DNA of 64,000 bases from a virus. The notes under the pieces are model-generated. The model was not told where the DNA came from. It worked only from the letters and a program-made list of their open reading frames with translations, and made no database searches. The stretch's first letter is position 1, and every line of letters starts with the position of its first letter. Below, one piece after another: positions 9,333-19,311 of the stretch. The DNA lies in the IMG/VR virus record IMGVR_UViG_3300025645_000047, positions 26,571 to 90,570 of that record. The stretch is one strand, 5' to 3'. The translations under genes were made by a program, and so were the position numbers.

Positions 9333-10373
9333 ATGGAAGATAAAATTATTAAAGACTTTTTACTGAGCAAAAGAGGATACCTCAAAAAAGGAAATGTAAC
9401 AATCCAAGCTGCACTGGCAAAAAAATATGGGATGGCATTTCATACAGATGACATTAGAAGCTGCAAGAAGGCAGTCAAGAAATCACTTAAGAAAATAAGA
9501 AACCTTGATGTAATTACAGAAGACTTTAGAGAGAATATACAAAGAGTAGAGGCCATGGTTTTTACTCCAATTAAAAAAGCTCCTAAGGTAGCATTAAGTA
9601 CAAACATAGCACCGGATATTGCAGATCAAGAAGGAATGCATATACTAATGGGATGTAATCATGTTCCATTTCATCATAAAAGATTACATGATGGAATAAG
9701 AAAGATGATGCTTGATCATTCAGATAAGATCGTAGGCTTTCATCTAATGGGTGATTTTGCAGACATTAATACTTTGTCATCACATGACAAAGGAAGGTTC
9801 ACTGCGGTGCCTGGATTAACTCTTGACGATGAGTATGCAGCTTGTAATGATGAGCTAGATATGTTTGCTCAAGCAATGAGTCCAAATGTATGGAAAACAT
9901 ATTTATATGGTAACCATGAAGACAGACATAATAGATGGATGTCTAATATGGATAATGCTAAAACACCATTAACTGCTCCTAGAGAAGGTATGGATTTAGT
10001 AGAAAGAGGTTACCATGTTAAAAACAAATGGTCACAAGATTACTTTACACTTGGTAATGATTTTGAGATTTTTCACGGAATTTACTTTAGCATACATAAT
10101 GCTAAGGCTCACCTAGACAAACTAAGAACATCTTGTGCTTATGTACATACTCATAGAATCCAGAACTACCGTGAAGGAAGGATGGCCGCCTTTAATATTG
10201 GTGCGTGTGCAGACTTTACGACCTCAGCCTTTAATTATGCCACGAGACCAATGAAGGCTCAATGGGCTAATGGTTTTGCTATTAACATGATTGACCATAA
10301 AGGTAATTCAAACATAACACAAATTAATGTAAATCCTGACGGAAGATTTTGGTTCGGAGGAATACGTTACTAA
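9333..10373 (+). CDS. Calcineurin-like metallophosphoesterase
   Basis: GDFAD, GNHEDR, FHG and HTHR motifs; motif I reads GCNH instead of xDxH. Confidence 0.8.
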   Translation: MEDKIIKDFLLSKRGYLKKGNVTIQAALAKKYGMAFHTDDIRSCKKAVKKSLKKIRNLDVITEDFRENIQRVEAMVFTPIKKAPKVALSTNIAPDIADQEGMHILMGCNHVPFHHKRLHDGIRKMMLDHSDKIVGFHLMGDFADINTLSSHDKGRFTAVPGLTLDDEYAACNDELDMFAQAMSPNVWKTYLYGNHEDRHNRWMSNMDNAKTPLTAPREGMDLVERGYHVKNKWSQDYFTLGNDFEIFHGIYFSIHNAKAHLDKLRTSCAYVHTHRIQNYREGRMAAFNIGACADFTTSAFNYATRPMKAQWANGFAINMIDHKGNSNITQINVNPDGRFWFGGIRY

Positions 10374-10383
10374 TAAATAACAA

Positions 10384-11106
10384 ATGGTTAAAAGAGAGCT
10401 TATATATACAATATTTGAAAAGCTAAACATCAACAGTGACGACACACATGTTACTGAAGAATTAGTTAGCTCACTTATTGATACAAAGAGAGCAATGTTG
10501 TTAAAGCAGCAATATGCAAAGAATGCTTGGCACATGCCAATTGAAATTAAGCAAGAGCTTTGCCTAGATTTAGAACTCGTTAACAATGTTAGTGGGTATT
10601 CTTGTGCTGGAAAGGTACTCTCTACTAAACTGGAACTACCTAGGTCTATTAAGATTAAAGGTAAAGAAGGTCCATTAATAGTAAGGAAAGAAGATGGAGG
10701 AGAAATAGCAATAAACATTGTGCCAATAGAAAGGGTTCCATTCTTATTCTCTAATAAATTTACGCAACATTTAATATACTGTGCAGTTGATTATAATGGA
10801 AAGTTATTTTTAATGTCTAATGACAACAAGATTAAGTTTTTAAAAAGCATAAAAGTAACTGATGTATTTGAGCAACCAGATATTGCAAGACAACTTACTT
10901 GTACTTATGATAACACTGTAGAGGTGTGGGACGCTGACTATCCTGTAGAGTCAGCAATGTCAGATGTAATTGTACAAATGGTAGTACAAGATTTAACTAG
11001 GTCTCTTCAAGTACCTGCAGATGTTACTAATAACGCTTCTGATGACAGAGAGGAGCAAGCACTTCCACAATATGCAAGAAGACCACAACGACAAAGAAGA
11101 AGATAA
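10384..11106 (+). CDS. Tail ring protein (crAss R2-like)
   Basis: RELIYTIFE.L....DD..., KRAMLLKQQY, Q.LCLDLE and DADYPVE motifs; synteny before the IHF-like gene. Confidence 0.7.
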   Translation: MVKRELIYTIFEKLNINSDDTHVTEELVSSLIDTKRAMLLKQQYAKNAWHMPIEIKQELCLDLELVNNVSGYSCAGKVLSTKLELPRSIKIKGKEGPLIVRKEDGGEIAINIVPIERVPFLFSNKFTQHLIYCAVDYNGKLFLMSNDNKIKFLKSIKVTDVFEQPDIARQLTCTYDNTVEVWDADYPVESAMSDVIVQMVVQDLTRSLQVPADVTNNASDDREEQALPQYARRPQRQRRR

Positions 11107-11599
11107 AAGAAACCATAAGATAAAGACTGACTATGGTAGCGGTGATTACTACAAGCACTTTATAAAAGAGACTGGAGCAACACACATATCAAGAGCAATG
11201 TTTGGATCAATAATCCGAGAATTCAATACTCATATAAGAGATAGAATTTCTACTAGAGGTGCTGAATATATTCTTCCCCAACGAGTAGGAAAGATTGAAC
11301 TAAGGAAGGTAAAGACTGAAGTTAAGATAGATGAGGATGGTATTATTATAAACAACCTTCCAGTAAATTGGAAAGCAACAAGAGAGTTGTGGGCTGAAAA
11401 CTCAAAGGCGAAGGAAAGGAAAGTAAAGATTAGGTATACTAACGAGCATACTGATGGTCACACTTTTAGAATATATTACAGAAAGTCAAAAGCTAACTTT
11501 AAAAATAAAAGCATCTACAAGATGCAATTTAATAGAACTATGAAGCGTCAGTTGTCTGCATCTATATTTGCAGGAAAGATTGATGCTTTCTTAAATTAA
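11072..11599 (+). CDS. IHF/HU-like DNA-binding protein (crAss gene-53-like); ORF is open from 11021
   Basis: Basic protein with LPQRVGKIELRK, NLPVNWKATRELW and FKNKSIYKMQFNRTMKR motifs. Confidence 0.7.
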   Translation: MQEDHNDKEEDKRNHKIKTDYGSGDYYKHFIKETGATHISRAMFGSIIREFNTHIRDRISTRGAEYILPQRVGKIELRKVKTEVKIDEDGIIINNLPVNWKATRELWAENSKAKERKVKIRYTNEHTDGHTFRIYYRKSKANFKNKSIYKMQFNRTMKRQLSASIFAGKIDAFLN

Positions 11600-11604
11600 A
11601 CAAT

Positions 11605-12315
11605 ATGGCAAGCACAGGGAATTTAGTTAGCATCAAAATGATTGCTGATAGGTTATTTCAAAATCCTTTGATGAAGGATCTTAATTATGAATTTATTGTG
11701 GATAATGCAATTGAAGTTCTTAGAATACTAGATGCTCCGGCAATTTATGTAACAAGAAGAGAAGCTATCAATGTAGAAAACTTTAGAGCACTTAAGCCTA
11801 TTGACATGGTAAAGGTTGAAGGAATAGTAAGAACTGACAGAAATGGCCACCCGGAAACATTAAGCCACAGTGAAGATATATCACAAGAATTCTTTCATGT
11901 TGGAAATAAACTACCATCAAGAGATGACGGCACATATACATTAAACAGTAAGTACGTTAATGTAAACTTTGAAAAAGGAGTAATCAATGTAATATACAAA
12001 GCTATTGCAACTGATGAGGAGTGCTATCCATTAATACTTGACAACGCAATCTTATTAAGATGTGTGCAAAGTTATATTAAATGGAAATGGTTTGACATCA
12101 TGAACGATATGGATATGATATCAAATCAAAAGCTAAGCAAAGCTGAGATTGATTATTGTTTTAATGTTGCTCAAGCTGATGCAAATCTTAAGCTTCCAAG
12201 CATAGATGAGATGGAGTCTTTAACAAATATGATAACCCAAATACTACCAAGTAGAACTGAATTCAAAAGAAGATTTGAATTTCTAGGTGCTCAAGAGTAT
12301 ACAAGAATACACTAA
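11605..12315 (+). CDS. Tail tubular / ring protein R1 (P22 gp4-like)
   Basis: YKAIATDEECYPLI and YCFNVAQA...PSIDEMES motifs; directly upstream of the muzzle gene. Confidence 0.75.
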   Translation: MASTGNLVSIKMIADRLFQNPLMKDLNYEFIVDNAIEVLRILDAPAIYVTRREAINVENFRALKPIDMVKVEGIVRTDRNGHPETLSHSEDISQEFFHVGNKLPSRDDGTYTLNSKYVNVNFEKGVINVIYKAIATDEECYPLILDNAILLRCVQSYIKWKWFDIMNDMDMISNQKLSKAEIDYCFNVAQADANLKLPSIDEMESLTNMITQILPSRTEFKRRFEFLGAQEYTRIH

Positions 12316-12316
12316 T

Positions 12317-15300
12317 ATGATAAAGCAACACGAGGGAAAGTACTTAGGAATGAGCAAGGATGTCGCAAGTGACTTGCAAATTGATAAGTATTTTGATGCA
12401 AAGAATATACGTATTATTGCAACTGATCAAAAAAGTTCTTTTGCACTTACTAATGAAGTAGGTAATGAACTTATTTTTTCTATTCCCATACCTGAATTAA
12501 ACTTACTAACTACTAGTATAGATTATGTTGTTTCAAATCAGTTTGCAGCAAATCAAACTAAAAAACTTTTTTACTCTACATCAACTGGACTTGATGGTGC
12601 TACACCTCCAAGGTGTGAGATAGAGAGAACGTATCAGGGACTAACTTCTGGAACCCAAGTAATCATAGGTACAAAAGAACTTAGGAACTCAGCGTTAATT
12701 ATATCAACTGATAACAATGGGTTTGATTGTTTTTGGGAAGTGACCAACTTAAATGGAAGTCAATTTGAACTTGAATTGTTGTACATGGGTGACTTAGACT
12801 TATCTACTCAAAATTTAGTTCAGATATTATATAACTATGAGAATTCAGTTATAGAAAAAGTGTATTTTGTTGATGGCATACATCAAATAAGATTCATGAA
12901 TATTCGTCAAAGTATTGATAATGGAGATTCAAGAAACCTAATTGACGTTAGCCCTAATGCACTTGATGTAGTAGGTACGTTTGATTTATCTCAACCATCA
13001 ATTGAAGGAATTGTTTCTGGTGGTACTCATACTTCAGGTAAGATACAGTATGCTTATGGACTCTATGTTCTTAATGGTGCTCAAACAACTATATCACCTG
13101 TGTCTGAATTAGTATCAATTGATAAAGGTCCAGGAGAAGGAGGAGGAGATGTGAACGAAGTGTTAGGAAGATCTGTTAGAATAAAGATTCCTAATCTTGA
13201 CAATCAATTTAGTCACGTAAAAATATATTCTATAAAGTATACATCTCTTGACCAGTTGCCAGAAGTAAAAATTGTAGCTGACAAAGAGATTGATGATTTT
13301 GAAGAATTCTCATTTACTGATGACAACTCTTCTTTAGAAGGAATATCATTAGAAGCTTTCTTATTCCTAGGCTCAGCACCTATTATACCACAGCACATCG
13401 TAACTAAAGACAATAGATTATTTCCTATAAACATTAAAGAGGTGCCATTTGACATTGACTTAGATACAAGGGCCTATTCATTTGATGATCAACAACAAGC
13501 CTTTGTTATAGATTCCCCATACGTTGATGACAACTTAGAGCTTCAAGGAAATACTCAGGATGCATCAAATTTTCTTTTATCAAGATCTCTTGATTCAATT
13601 AATGCAGATTATGGTGCACAAAAATATCAAAGCGATGGAATTACTTTAGGTGCTACAGGTCTTTACACAGAAGTAGAAATAATACAAAATACTGATCTTA
13701 CAGAGTCACAGATAGATGAACTCCAGTTTTTTAAAGATAGAGAACTATACAGGATAGGTATTAAGTTTTACAACAGAAGAGGACAAAGCTCAGAGCCTTC
13801 TTGGATAATGGATTTAAGAGCACCTGGAGAATCAAACTTATTTGGAAAATATAGTCAACTAAAAGTTACACTAACACCAGAATTCTATACATGGCTAAAC
13901 ACATCTTCTAATTTTGCATCAGAAGATGAAAAGCCAGTTGGGTATAAGATATTAAGGGCTGACAGAAAACTAAGTGATCAGACAATACATTCTCAAGGAA
14001 TGATAAATCCAATGATTGCAAACTGGTTGTCTAATGACAAGCCACAGAGTAAGCCTGATTGGAAAGAAATAGTTAATGGAGGTGGATCAAACAAAGTAGA
14101 CATACTTCCTTCGATGACAAGGATGTTTCAAAATATAGTTCCATTTAATGCATGTGAAGATTACTTACCATTAGTAGTAGATAACTTAGGTGGTGGTAAT
14201 ATATTAGGTCAAGGAACATTTAGAGAAGGATTCTATGCAAATAATACTGAAGATAATTTAGCAATGAATTTTCAGCACAGCAGAATGATGCAGTATTTTA
14301 GCCCAGAAGTTTCATTTAGAAATAATGTTATTGATGCTAGTTATATATTAAATATTGTTGGACTAGAAAGACAATCAGAGATAGAATGCTGGTCAACAGA
14401 GACAAATCCAATTAGTGCAGTATCTTCAACAGAAGTTATATTTAGAAATGGAATAAACATAGACTCTCCTGGGGTTGATTCTAGTGAAGTTTTTTCAGGA
14501 AGTGCAACTAATCTAGATGATTATGGTTTCTTTGGCCCAGCTAACGATGATACAGCAGCTACTACTCACCAAGTATATAGAGAGTTTTTGTCAGACTTTG
14601 CTCCTGCTTCAGGTCCTCTTGAGAATAGACAGTGGGAAGTTTATGGATCTCCTGAAATTACACAAGAAGGTGCAGACTTTAAAGAGTATAATGGTAATCC
14701 AAAGTTAAGATACTCAAACAATTTAAAGACAATGAAGGTTGACAACTTCACTGGAGATGATGGACCAAACAATGATTCTGATGTAAGAATAAAAGGATGT
14801 AACACCATTGGTGCAAAGTGTATTACTTTTGCTTTAGGTGCTGCTGATTTAGAATTAGATCAGAGACCTAGTATTGAACAAATACATCAACAGGCACAAA
14901 CAGTTTCAGGTGTAACAAATAATATTGCTAATGATGGAGTTTTAATTGCTGAATTTGTAAGACCAGAATACTTGTTGTATACTGGAGGGTTTTATGGCGG
15001 AATGTCTAGTGAAGCTAAAGGAGTGTCAAGCTATATAGAAATAGGATCTTATACAGGGATAGATCAAAACACAGTTACAATAGAATCTCCTGGAGATACT
15101 TTTGTAAACGTCTTTAAATTTGCAAAAATGACAAAGGCTGACTTAGAAATTCAAAGTCAAGATTATAACATAATGTCAGAAATAGTTTCTGTAAGACTTG
15201 AGACAACAGTTGATCTTAAAAATAGAAATGACTTATCTTTAATTAATTGGGACAATAGATGGCAACCAAGAATGGAAGAGTACAACAACTACAATACTGT

Positions 15301-16423
15301 ATACTCTCAACAGCCAACATTAATAAAATCTGTAGACACCGGAACTAAGCTTAAAAAGATTAAAGAGTTTGATGCAAGGTTAGTAGCTTCAAAAGAAAAG
15401 ATACCTGGAGAATTCATTGATAGTTGGACAGACTTTTTAGAAAATGAAGTGATGGATCTTGATGGAAAGTACGGACCAATTAATGCAGTCGTAAACTTAA
15501 AGGATGAAATATTTTGTCTTCAAGATACTGCTGTTGCACAAATATCTATAAACCCTAGAGTTCAAATACAAGGAAATGATGGCTTATCTTTAGAGTTAGG
15601 TACCGGAGGAGTTCTTAATGATTACTCTTATAGAACAACAACTGTTGGTTGCTTAAACAAATTTGGAGTAGTAACATCAGAGATGGCATTCTATTTTATT
15701 GATGTAATTAACCGGGGCATAATGACTTTTGATGGACAAAAGATTGGTAGGTTAACAGACTCTAAAGGACTTCACTACGAGATGTTAGAAAGAATGAATT
15801 ACGAAGAGTTAATAAAAGATAATGCTGTATTAGGAACAGGTGTTTCACTTGGTTACAATCCTGTAAATGCAGATGTGTACTTTACATTCTTACAACCAGG
15901 AGATAACTTTACGTTAGGATTTAACGAAAAGATGTCAGAGTTTGTTTCTTTTTATGATTACACTCCTGCTTGGTATATAAACAAAGGATCTGTATTAATT
16001 AGTACAAACCCAAATAGTGTTTCATTATGGGAGCACTTTAAAGGTAAGCCTAATTACTTTTATGGAACTCATTATCCTAGTAGTGTTACATTACATGTTG
16101 CACCAGCAGGAAATGAAATCATACTTAACAATGCAGGATACAAGATGGAACTTGTAGATGAATCTACAGGATTAGAAATCCCAAACAAAGGATTAACTGG
16201 AGTAAGAGTCTATAATGACTATCAAGATTCAGGACTAGTTGACTTACAATTAAGAAAGAATGTGTTTAAAAGGTTTAGAAACTGGAAGATTAATTTCCCA
16301 AGACAAGCTGGCTCTAGAGATAGAGTACGCAGTGCATGGGGCTTTGCTGAGTTTGTCTTTGAAAACACGGATGGTAACAAATTAACCTTACATAACATAT
16401 CAATATTTTACACACAGTATTAA
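12317..16423 (+). CDS. Muzzle / tail stabilization protein (P22 gp10-like); ORF is open from 12287
   Basis: ~1370 aa, beta-rich. GMSKD, YFDAKNIRI, IQYAYGLY...GAQT, ELYRIGIKFYN, KIPGEFIDSWTDF, DLDGKYGPI and FVSFYDYTP match the recalled crAss family. Confidence 0.85.
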   Translation: MIKQHEGKYLGMSKDVASDLQIDKYFDAKNIRIIATDQKSSFALTNEVGNELIFSIPIPELNLLTTSIDYVVSNQFAANQTKKLFYSTSTGLDGATPPRCEIERTYQGLTSGTQVIIGTKELRNSALIISTDNNGFDCFWEVTNLNGSQFELELLYMGDLDLSTQNLVQILYNYENSVIEKVYFVDGIHQIRFMNIRQSIDNGDSRNLIDVSPNALDVVGTFDLSQPSIEGIVSGGTHTSGKIQYAYGLYVLNGAQTTISPVSELVSIDKGPGEGGGDVNEVLGRSVRIKIPNLDNQFSHVKIYSIKYTSLDQLPEVKIVADKEIDDFEEFSFTDDNSSLEGISLEAFLFLGSAPIIPQHIVTKDNRLFPINIKEVPFDIDLDTRAYSFDDQQQAFVIDSPYVDDNLELQGNTQDASNFLLSRSLDSINADYGAQKYQSDGITLGATGLYTEVEIIQNTDLTESQIDELQFFKDRELYRIGIKFYNRRGQSSEPSWIMDLRAPGESNLFGKYSQLKVTLTPEFYTWLNTSSNFASEDEKPVGYKILRADRKLSDQTIHSQGMINPMIANWLSNDKPQSKPDWKEIVNGGGSNKVDILPSMTRMFQNIVPFNACEDYLPLVVDNLGGGNILGQGTFREGFYANNTEDNLAMNFQHSRMMQYFSPEVSFRNNVIDASYILNIVGLERQSEIECWSTETNPISAVSSTEVIFRNGINIDSPGVDSSEVFSGSATNLDDYGFFGPANDDTAATTHQVYREFLSDFAPASGPLENRQWEVYGSPEITQEGADFKEYNGNPKLRYSNNLKTMKVDNFTGDDGPNNDSDVRIKGCNTIGAKCITFALGAADLELDQRPSIEQIHQQAQTVSGVTNNIANDGVLIAEFVRPEYLLYTGGFYGGMSSEAKGVSSYIEIGSYTGIDQNTVTIESPGDTFVNVFKFAKMTKADLEIQSQDYNIMSEIVSVRLETTVDLKNRNDLSLINWDNRWQPRMEEYNNYNTVYSQQPTLIKSVDTGTKLKKIKEFDARLVASKEKIPGEFIDSWTDFLENEVMDLDGKYGPINAVVNLKDEIFCLQDTAVAQISINPRVQIQGNDGLSLELGTGGVLNDYSYRTTTVGCLNKFGVVTSEMAFYFIDVINRGIMTFDGQKIGRLTDSKGLHYEMLERMNYEELIKDNAVLGTGVSLGYNPVNADVYFTFLQPGDNFTLGFNEKMSEFVSFYDYTPAWYINKGSVLISTNPNSVSLWEHFKGKPNYFYGTHYPSSVTLHVAPAGNEIILNNAGYKMELVDESTGLEIPNKGLTGVRVYNDYQDSGLVDLQLRKNVFKRFRNWKINFPRQAGSRDRVRSAWGFAEFVFENTDGNKLTLHNISIFYTQY

Positions 16424-16442
16424 TTCTGTATGATACCAAATA

Positions 16443-16473
16443 TTGACAACAGAGTATAGATAACTTATATTTG
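16443..16473 (+). promoter_or_regulatory. Bacteroidetes-type promoter (-33/-7)
   Basis: TTGAC-N18-TATATTTG; the ATG follows 4 nt later. Confidence 0.7.
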
Positions 16474-16477
16474 CATT

Positions 16478-19033
16478 ATGGCATTAGAAAAAGATCCAAA
16501 AAATAATAAACCTTCATTTAACGTGAAGGCTTATAAGCATGCCATCTCTATGATAGAATCTAATGGAGGTAAATTACTAGAAGCAGGCAGGAGCAAAACA
16601 ACTGGAGAACTATTATCATCTGCAGCTGGTAAGTATCATTTTCTTTATGATGAAATAATGCATGATCCTTCTATGAAGGGTGTATCTAAAAGAGAGTTTA
16701 TAAATGATCCTGAACTTCAGGAAGAAATAATGGACAAGGCTCTTAATGGAAACCTTAAGGGATACACTTATGGAATAGATTACGCAAAACAATTAAAAGA
16801 AGAATTTAACACAAATCATACTGCAGAAGAGCTTGCAGCTTTAACTCATTTCTTAGGAGCAGGAGGAGTTAAGACTTACTTAAGAGATCCTGATTATGTA
16901 GTTCCGGGAGAATTAAATGCAACAGGTCAACAATACGCAGATAGGTTTACAAAGAATTATAACACTTATACTCCTCCTGAAGAAGAGGCTTTAATAGAAG
17001 GTGCACCTGTAGATACACCTGTAGCTGAGCCTACACAAGCTTTACCTAATCAACCTATGCAATCAAGAAGGAGAAGTAGTAGAGATGCAGCACAATCAAG
17101 TAGGCCAAGAATAGAAAATTTACCCATGAGCTCTAGAAATCTCATGAAGAAAAATATTACCATACAAGATTTGCCACCAATGCAAGGTATGAATCCAGTG
17201 CAAGCTATGGATCCAATGTCAAATCCTCTTCAGTTTGGAGGTTATAATAAACTTGTAATGGGAGGTCCCACAGGTGCAGATGATGCAGCAGAAGATGCAT
17301 CAGGCCCTGGTGCTGGTGCTTATGTAGCAGCTGCAGGAACTGCAATGGAATTAGGTAATATGGCGTTTGGAGCCACAGGTATTAGTAGAGATGGATCAAC
17401 CCCTCCACCAGATGTTCCTTCTCAAGGAGCAGCAGCAGCAGCAGGTATGTTAAAGGGTGCAGCAGCAGGTGCAGCATTTGGGCCATGGGGTGCAGCAATA
17501 GGAGGTGGAGTTGGAGCAGTAGCAGGATTTGTTGGACAAGGAAAACAAAAAGATGATGCAGCTGAGGCTGCGTTTCAATACGAAGCAAACATGCATAACC
17601 AAGCAAGTAATAGTTATGCTAAAGGTGGTATGTTAAAAAGAGCTGATGGTTCTTATTCTAAAAGAGGGCTATGGGATAACATAAGAGATAATAAAGGATC
17701 TGGAAAGAAACCTACTGAACAAATGTTAGCTCAAGAAAGAAAGATAAACAGCAAGGAAGAAGGTGGGCCATTAGATCCTCTTACTAATACTGGAACTAAG
17801 ACTCTTGAAGACAAAAAACCAAAACCAGCATATACTGAACAACAAGAGAAAGCTATACAGGACTCAATAAAAGCAATCAAGCAAATATATGGTGAAAATG
17901 TTGATCAAGGAACTATCAATACTATACTAAGTAATATAGAAATTGAAACTGGATTTAGAGATCTAAGAGAAAAGGCTTATTCATTTGATAGAATTAAAGA
18001 GTTAGGAGATGGTGACTTATACAGTGCTAACAAGAACTTAGATAAATGGGGTAAAGGTAAAGCTGCCTATAACAAACTTAGCAAACCAGAAAGAATATCT
18101 GTTATGTATTATGGTGATACAGATCACGCAGACATTGCTGGAGGTACTGGTGTATTACAATTAACTAGTGCTAACTATGGTGGTAACAGCAAAACAGAAG
18201 ATGAAATAACCAAAGCTTCTAATCAGCTAGGCTTAAGTAATAGCAAGTTAGCTGACAACTTCTATGACAGTACATTGTTAACTCTTCAAGTAATGAAAGA
18301 TAGAGGCCATGACTTTTCTGGTTTTGGTAATGCAAAAGATGCAAGATTCTCTGTAGTTAATCCTGGACAGAATTATGATAAGATGGACGCAAAAAAGCAA
18401 GCTATACTTGATAATGATTACTCTAGCTATTATGGAAACATGAACCAGTCAGTTGACCCAAGTATCATAACAAACAATACTGGATTAGATCAAAGTACTA
18501 AAGATAGATTTTTAAAAACAAATGAAGCGACAGGACTCACTCCTGACATAGTTGAAAAGCTAACTCAGCAAGCACCAATAAGGGAAACAAATCCAATGCT
18601 AGCTGCATTCACATCAGACCCTAACAAAGACTTATTCTCAGGAATAGGAATGAACTACCAAAAGCAAAAAATGTCTTCTTACGAAGAAGATGAGATGATG
18701 AAAAATATTCAAGGGCAAAATCAAAATCAATTTATGAGTGGTGGAGAAATGAACTCTCAAGTAAGACCAGGAGGAGGAGCATCAGAATTAGTTACTTTGT
18801 TTGAGAACGGAGGTTCACATAGTCAAAACTCTTTAGGCGGAATACCTCAAGGTGTAGGTGCTAATGGTAAACCAAACTTAGTAGAAGAAGGAGAAACAAA
18901 ATGGAATGATTACATATTTTCAAACTCTATTGACATGGATGGTAACTTTACTGGTGAAGATGGAAAGAAAACTAATGTATTTAAAAAGAATAAAGAAAAA
19001 AATTCTTTTAATATTGAAAACTTTAAATTATAA
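16478..19033 (+). CDS. Cargo/ejection protein, N-terminal part, with two lysozyme-fold domains and a glycine-zipper membrane segment
   Basis: IESNGG...SSAAGKYHFL (transglycosylase/lysozyme-like); GAAAGAAFGPWGAAIGGGVG; NIEIETGF...GTGVLQLTSANY (GH19-like); C-terminal ENGGSH...PNLVEEGETKWNDYIFSN crAss cargo motif. Confidence 0.7.
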   Translation: MALEKDPKNNKPSFNVKAYKHAISMIESNGGKLLEAGRSKTTGELLSSAAGKYHFLYDEIMHDPSMKGVSKREFINDPELQEEIMDKALNGNLKGYTYGIDYAKQLKEEFNTNHTAEELAALTHFLGAGGVKTYLRDPDYVVPGELNATGQQYADRFTKNYNTYTPPEEEALIEGAPVDTPVAEPTQALPNQPMQSRRRSSRDAAQSSRPRIENLPMSSRNLMKKNITIQDLPPMQGMNPVQAMDPMSNPLQFGGYNKLVMGGPTGADDAAEDASGPGAGAYVAAAGTAMELGNMAFGATGISRDGSTPPPDVPSQGAAAAAGMLKGAAAGAAFGPWGAAIGGGVGAVAGFVGQGKQKDDAAEAAFQYEANMHNQASNSYAKGGMLKRADGSYSKRGLWDNIRDNKGSGKKPTEQMLAQERKINSKEEGGPLDPLTNTGTKTLEDKKPKPAYTEQQEKAIQDSIKAIKQIYGENVDQGTINTILSNIEIETGFRDLREKAYSFDRIKELGDGDLYSANKNLDKWGKGKAAYNKLSKPERISVMYYGDTDHADIAGGTGVLQLTSANYGGNSKTEDEITKASNQLGLSNSKLADNFYDSTLLTLQVMKDRGHDFSGFGNAKDARFSVVNPGQNYDKMDAKKQAILDNDYSSYYGNMNQSVDPSIITNNTGLDQSTKDRFLKTNEATGLTPDIVEKLTQQAPIRETNPMLAAFTSDPNKDLFSGIGMNYQKQKMSSYEEDEMMKNIQGQNQNQFMSGGEMNSQVRPGGGASELVTLFENGGSHSQNSLGGIPQGVGANGKPNLVEEGETKWNDYIFSNSIDMDGNFTGEDGKKTNVFKKNKEKNSFNIENFKL

Positions 19034-19041
19034 TAACTAAG

Positions 19042-19308
19042 ATGAAACAAACGCAAAATCAATTTTACGGAAAACTGGAAGAGCTTAAAGATCTTCCAAC
19101 TGGATCAACATTCTTAGACGTAGAGTCAGGAGATATGTATTACGGTGTGGCAGGAACAATGGTAAAGGCTGGGAACTTTGTAGCTAACTCTACCATAGGA
19201 GAACCTACGGGATCTAGTCCAGTACTTAATGCAGTATCACTCACTCAGGCAGAGTACAATGCAGGAACTCCATTAAATGGAACCTTGTATATGATAACAG
19301 ACGCATAA
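19042..19308 (+). CDS. Short tail-fibre adaptor-like protein
   Basis: C-terminal VSLTQAEYNAGTPLNGTLYMI motif, typical of phage fibre adaptor segments. Confidence 0.55.
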   Translation: MKQTQNQFYGKLEELKDLPTGSTFLDVESGDMYYGVAGTMVKAGNFVANSTIGEPTGSSPVLNAVSLTQAEYNAGTPLNGTLYMITDA

Positions 19309-19311
19309 GCT

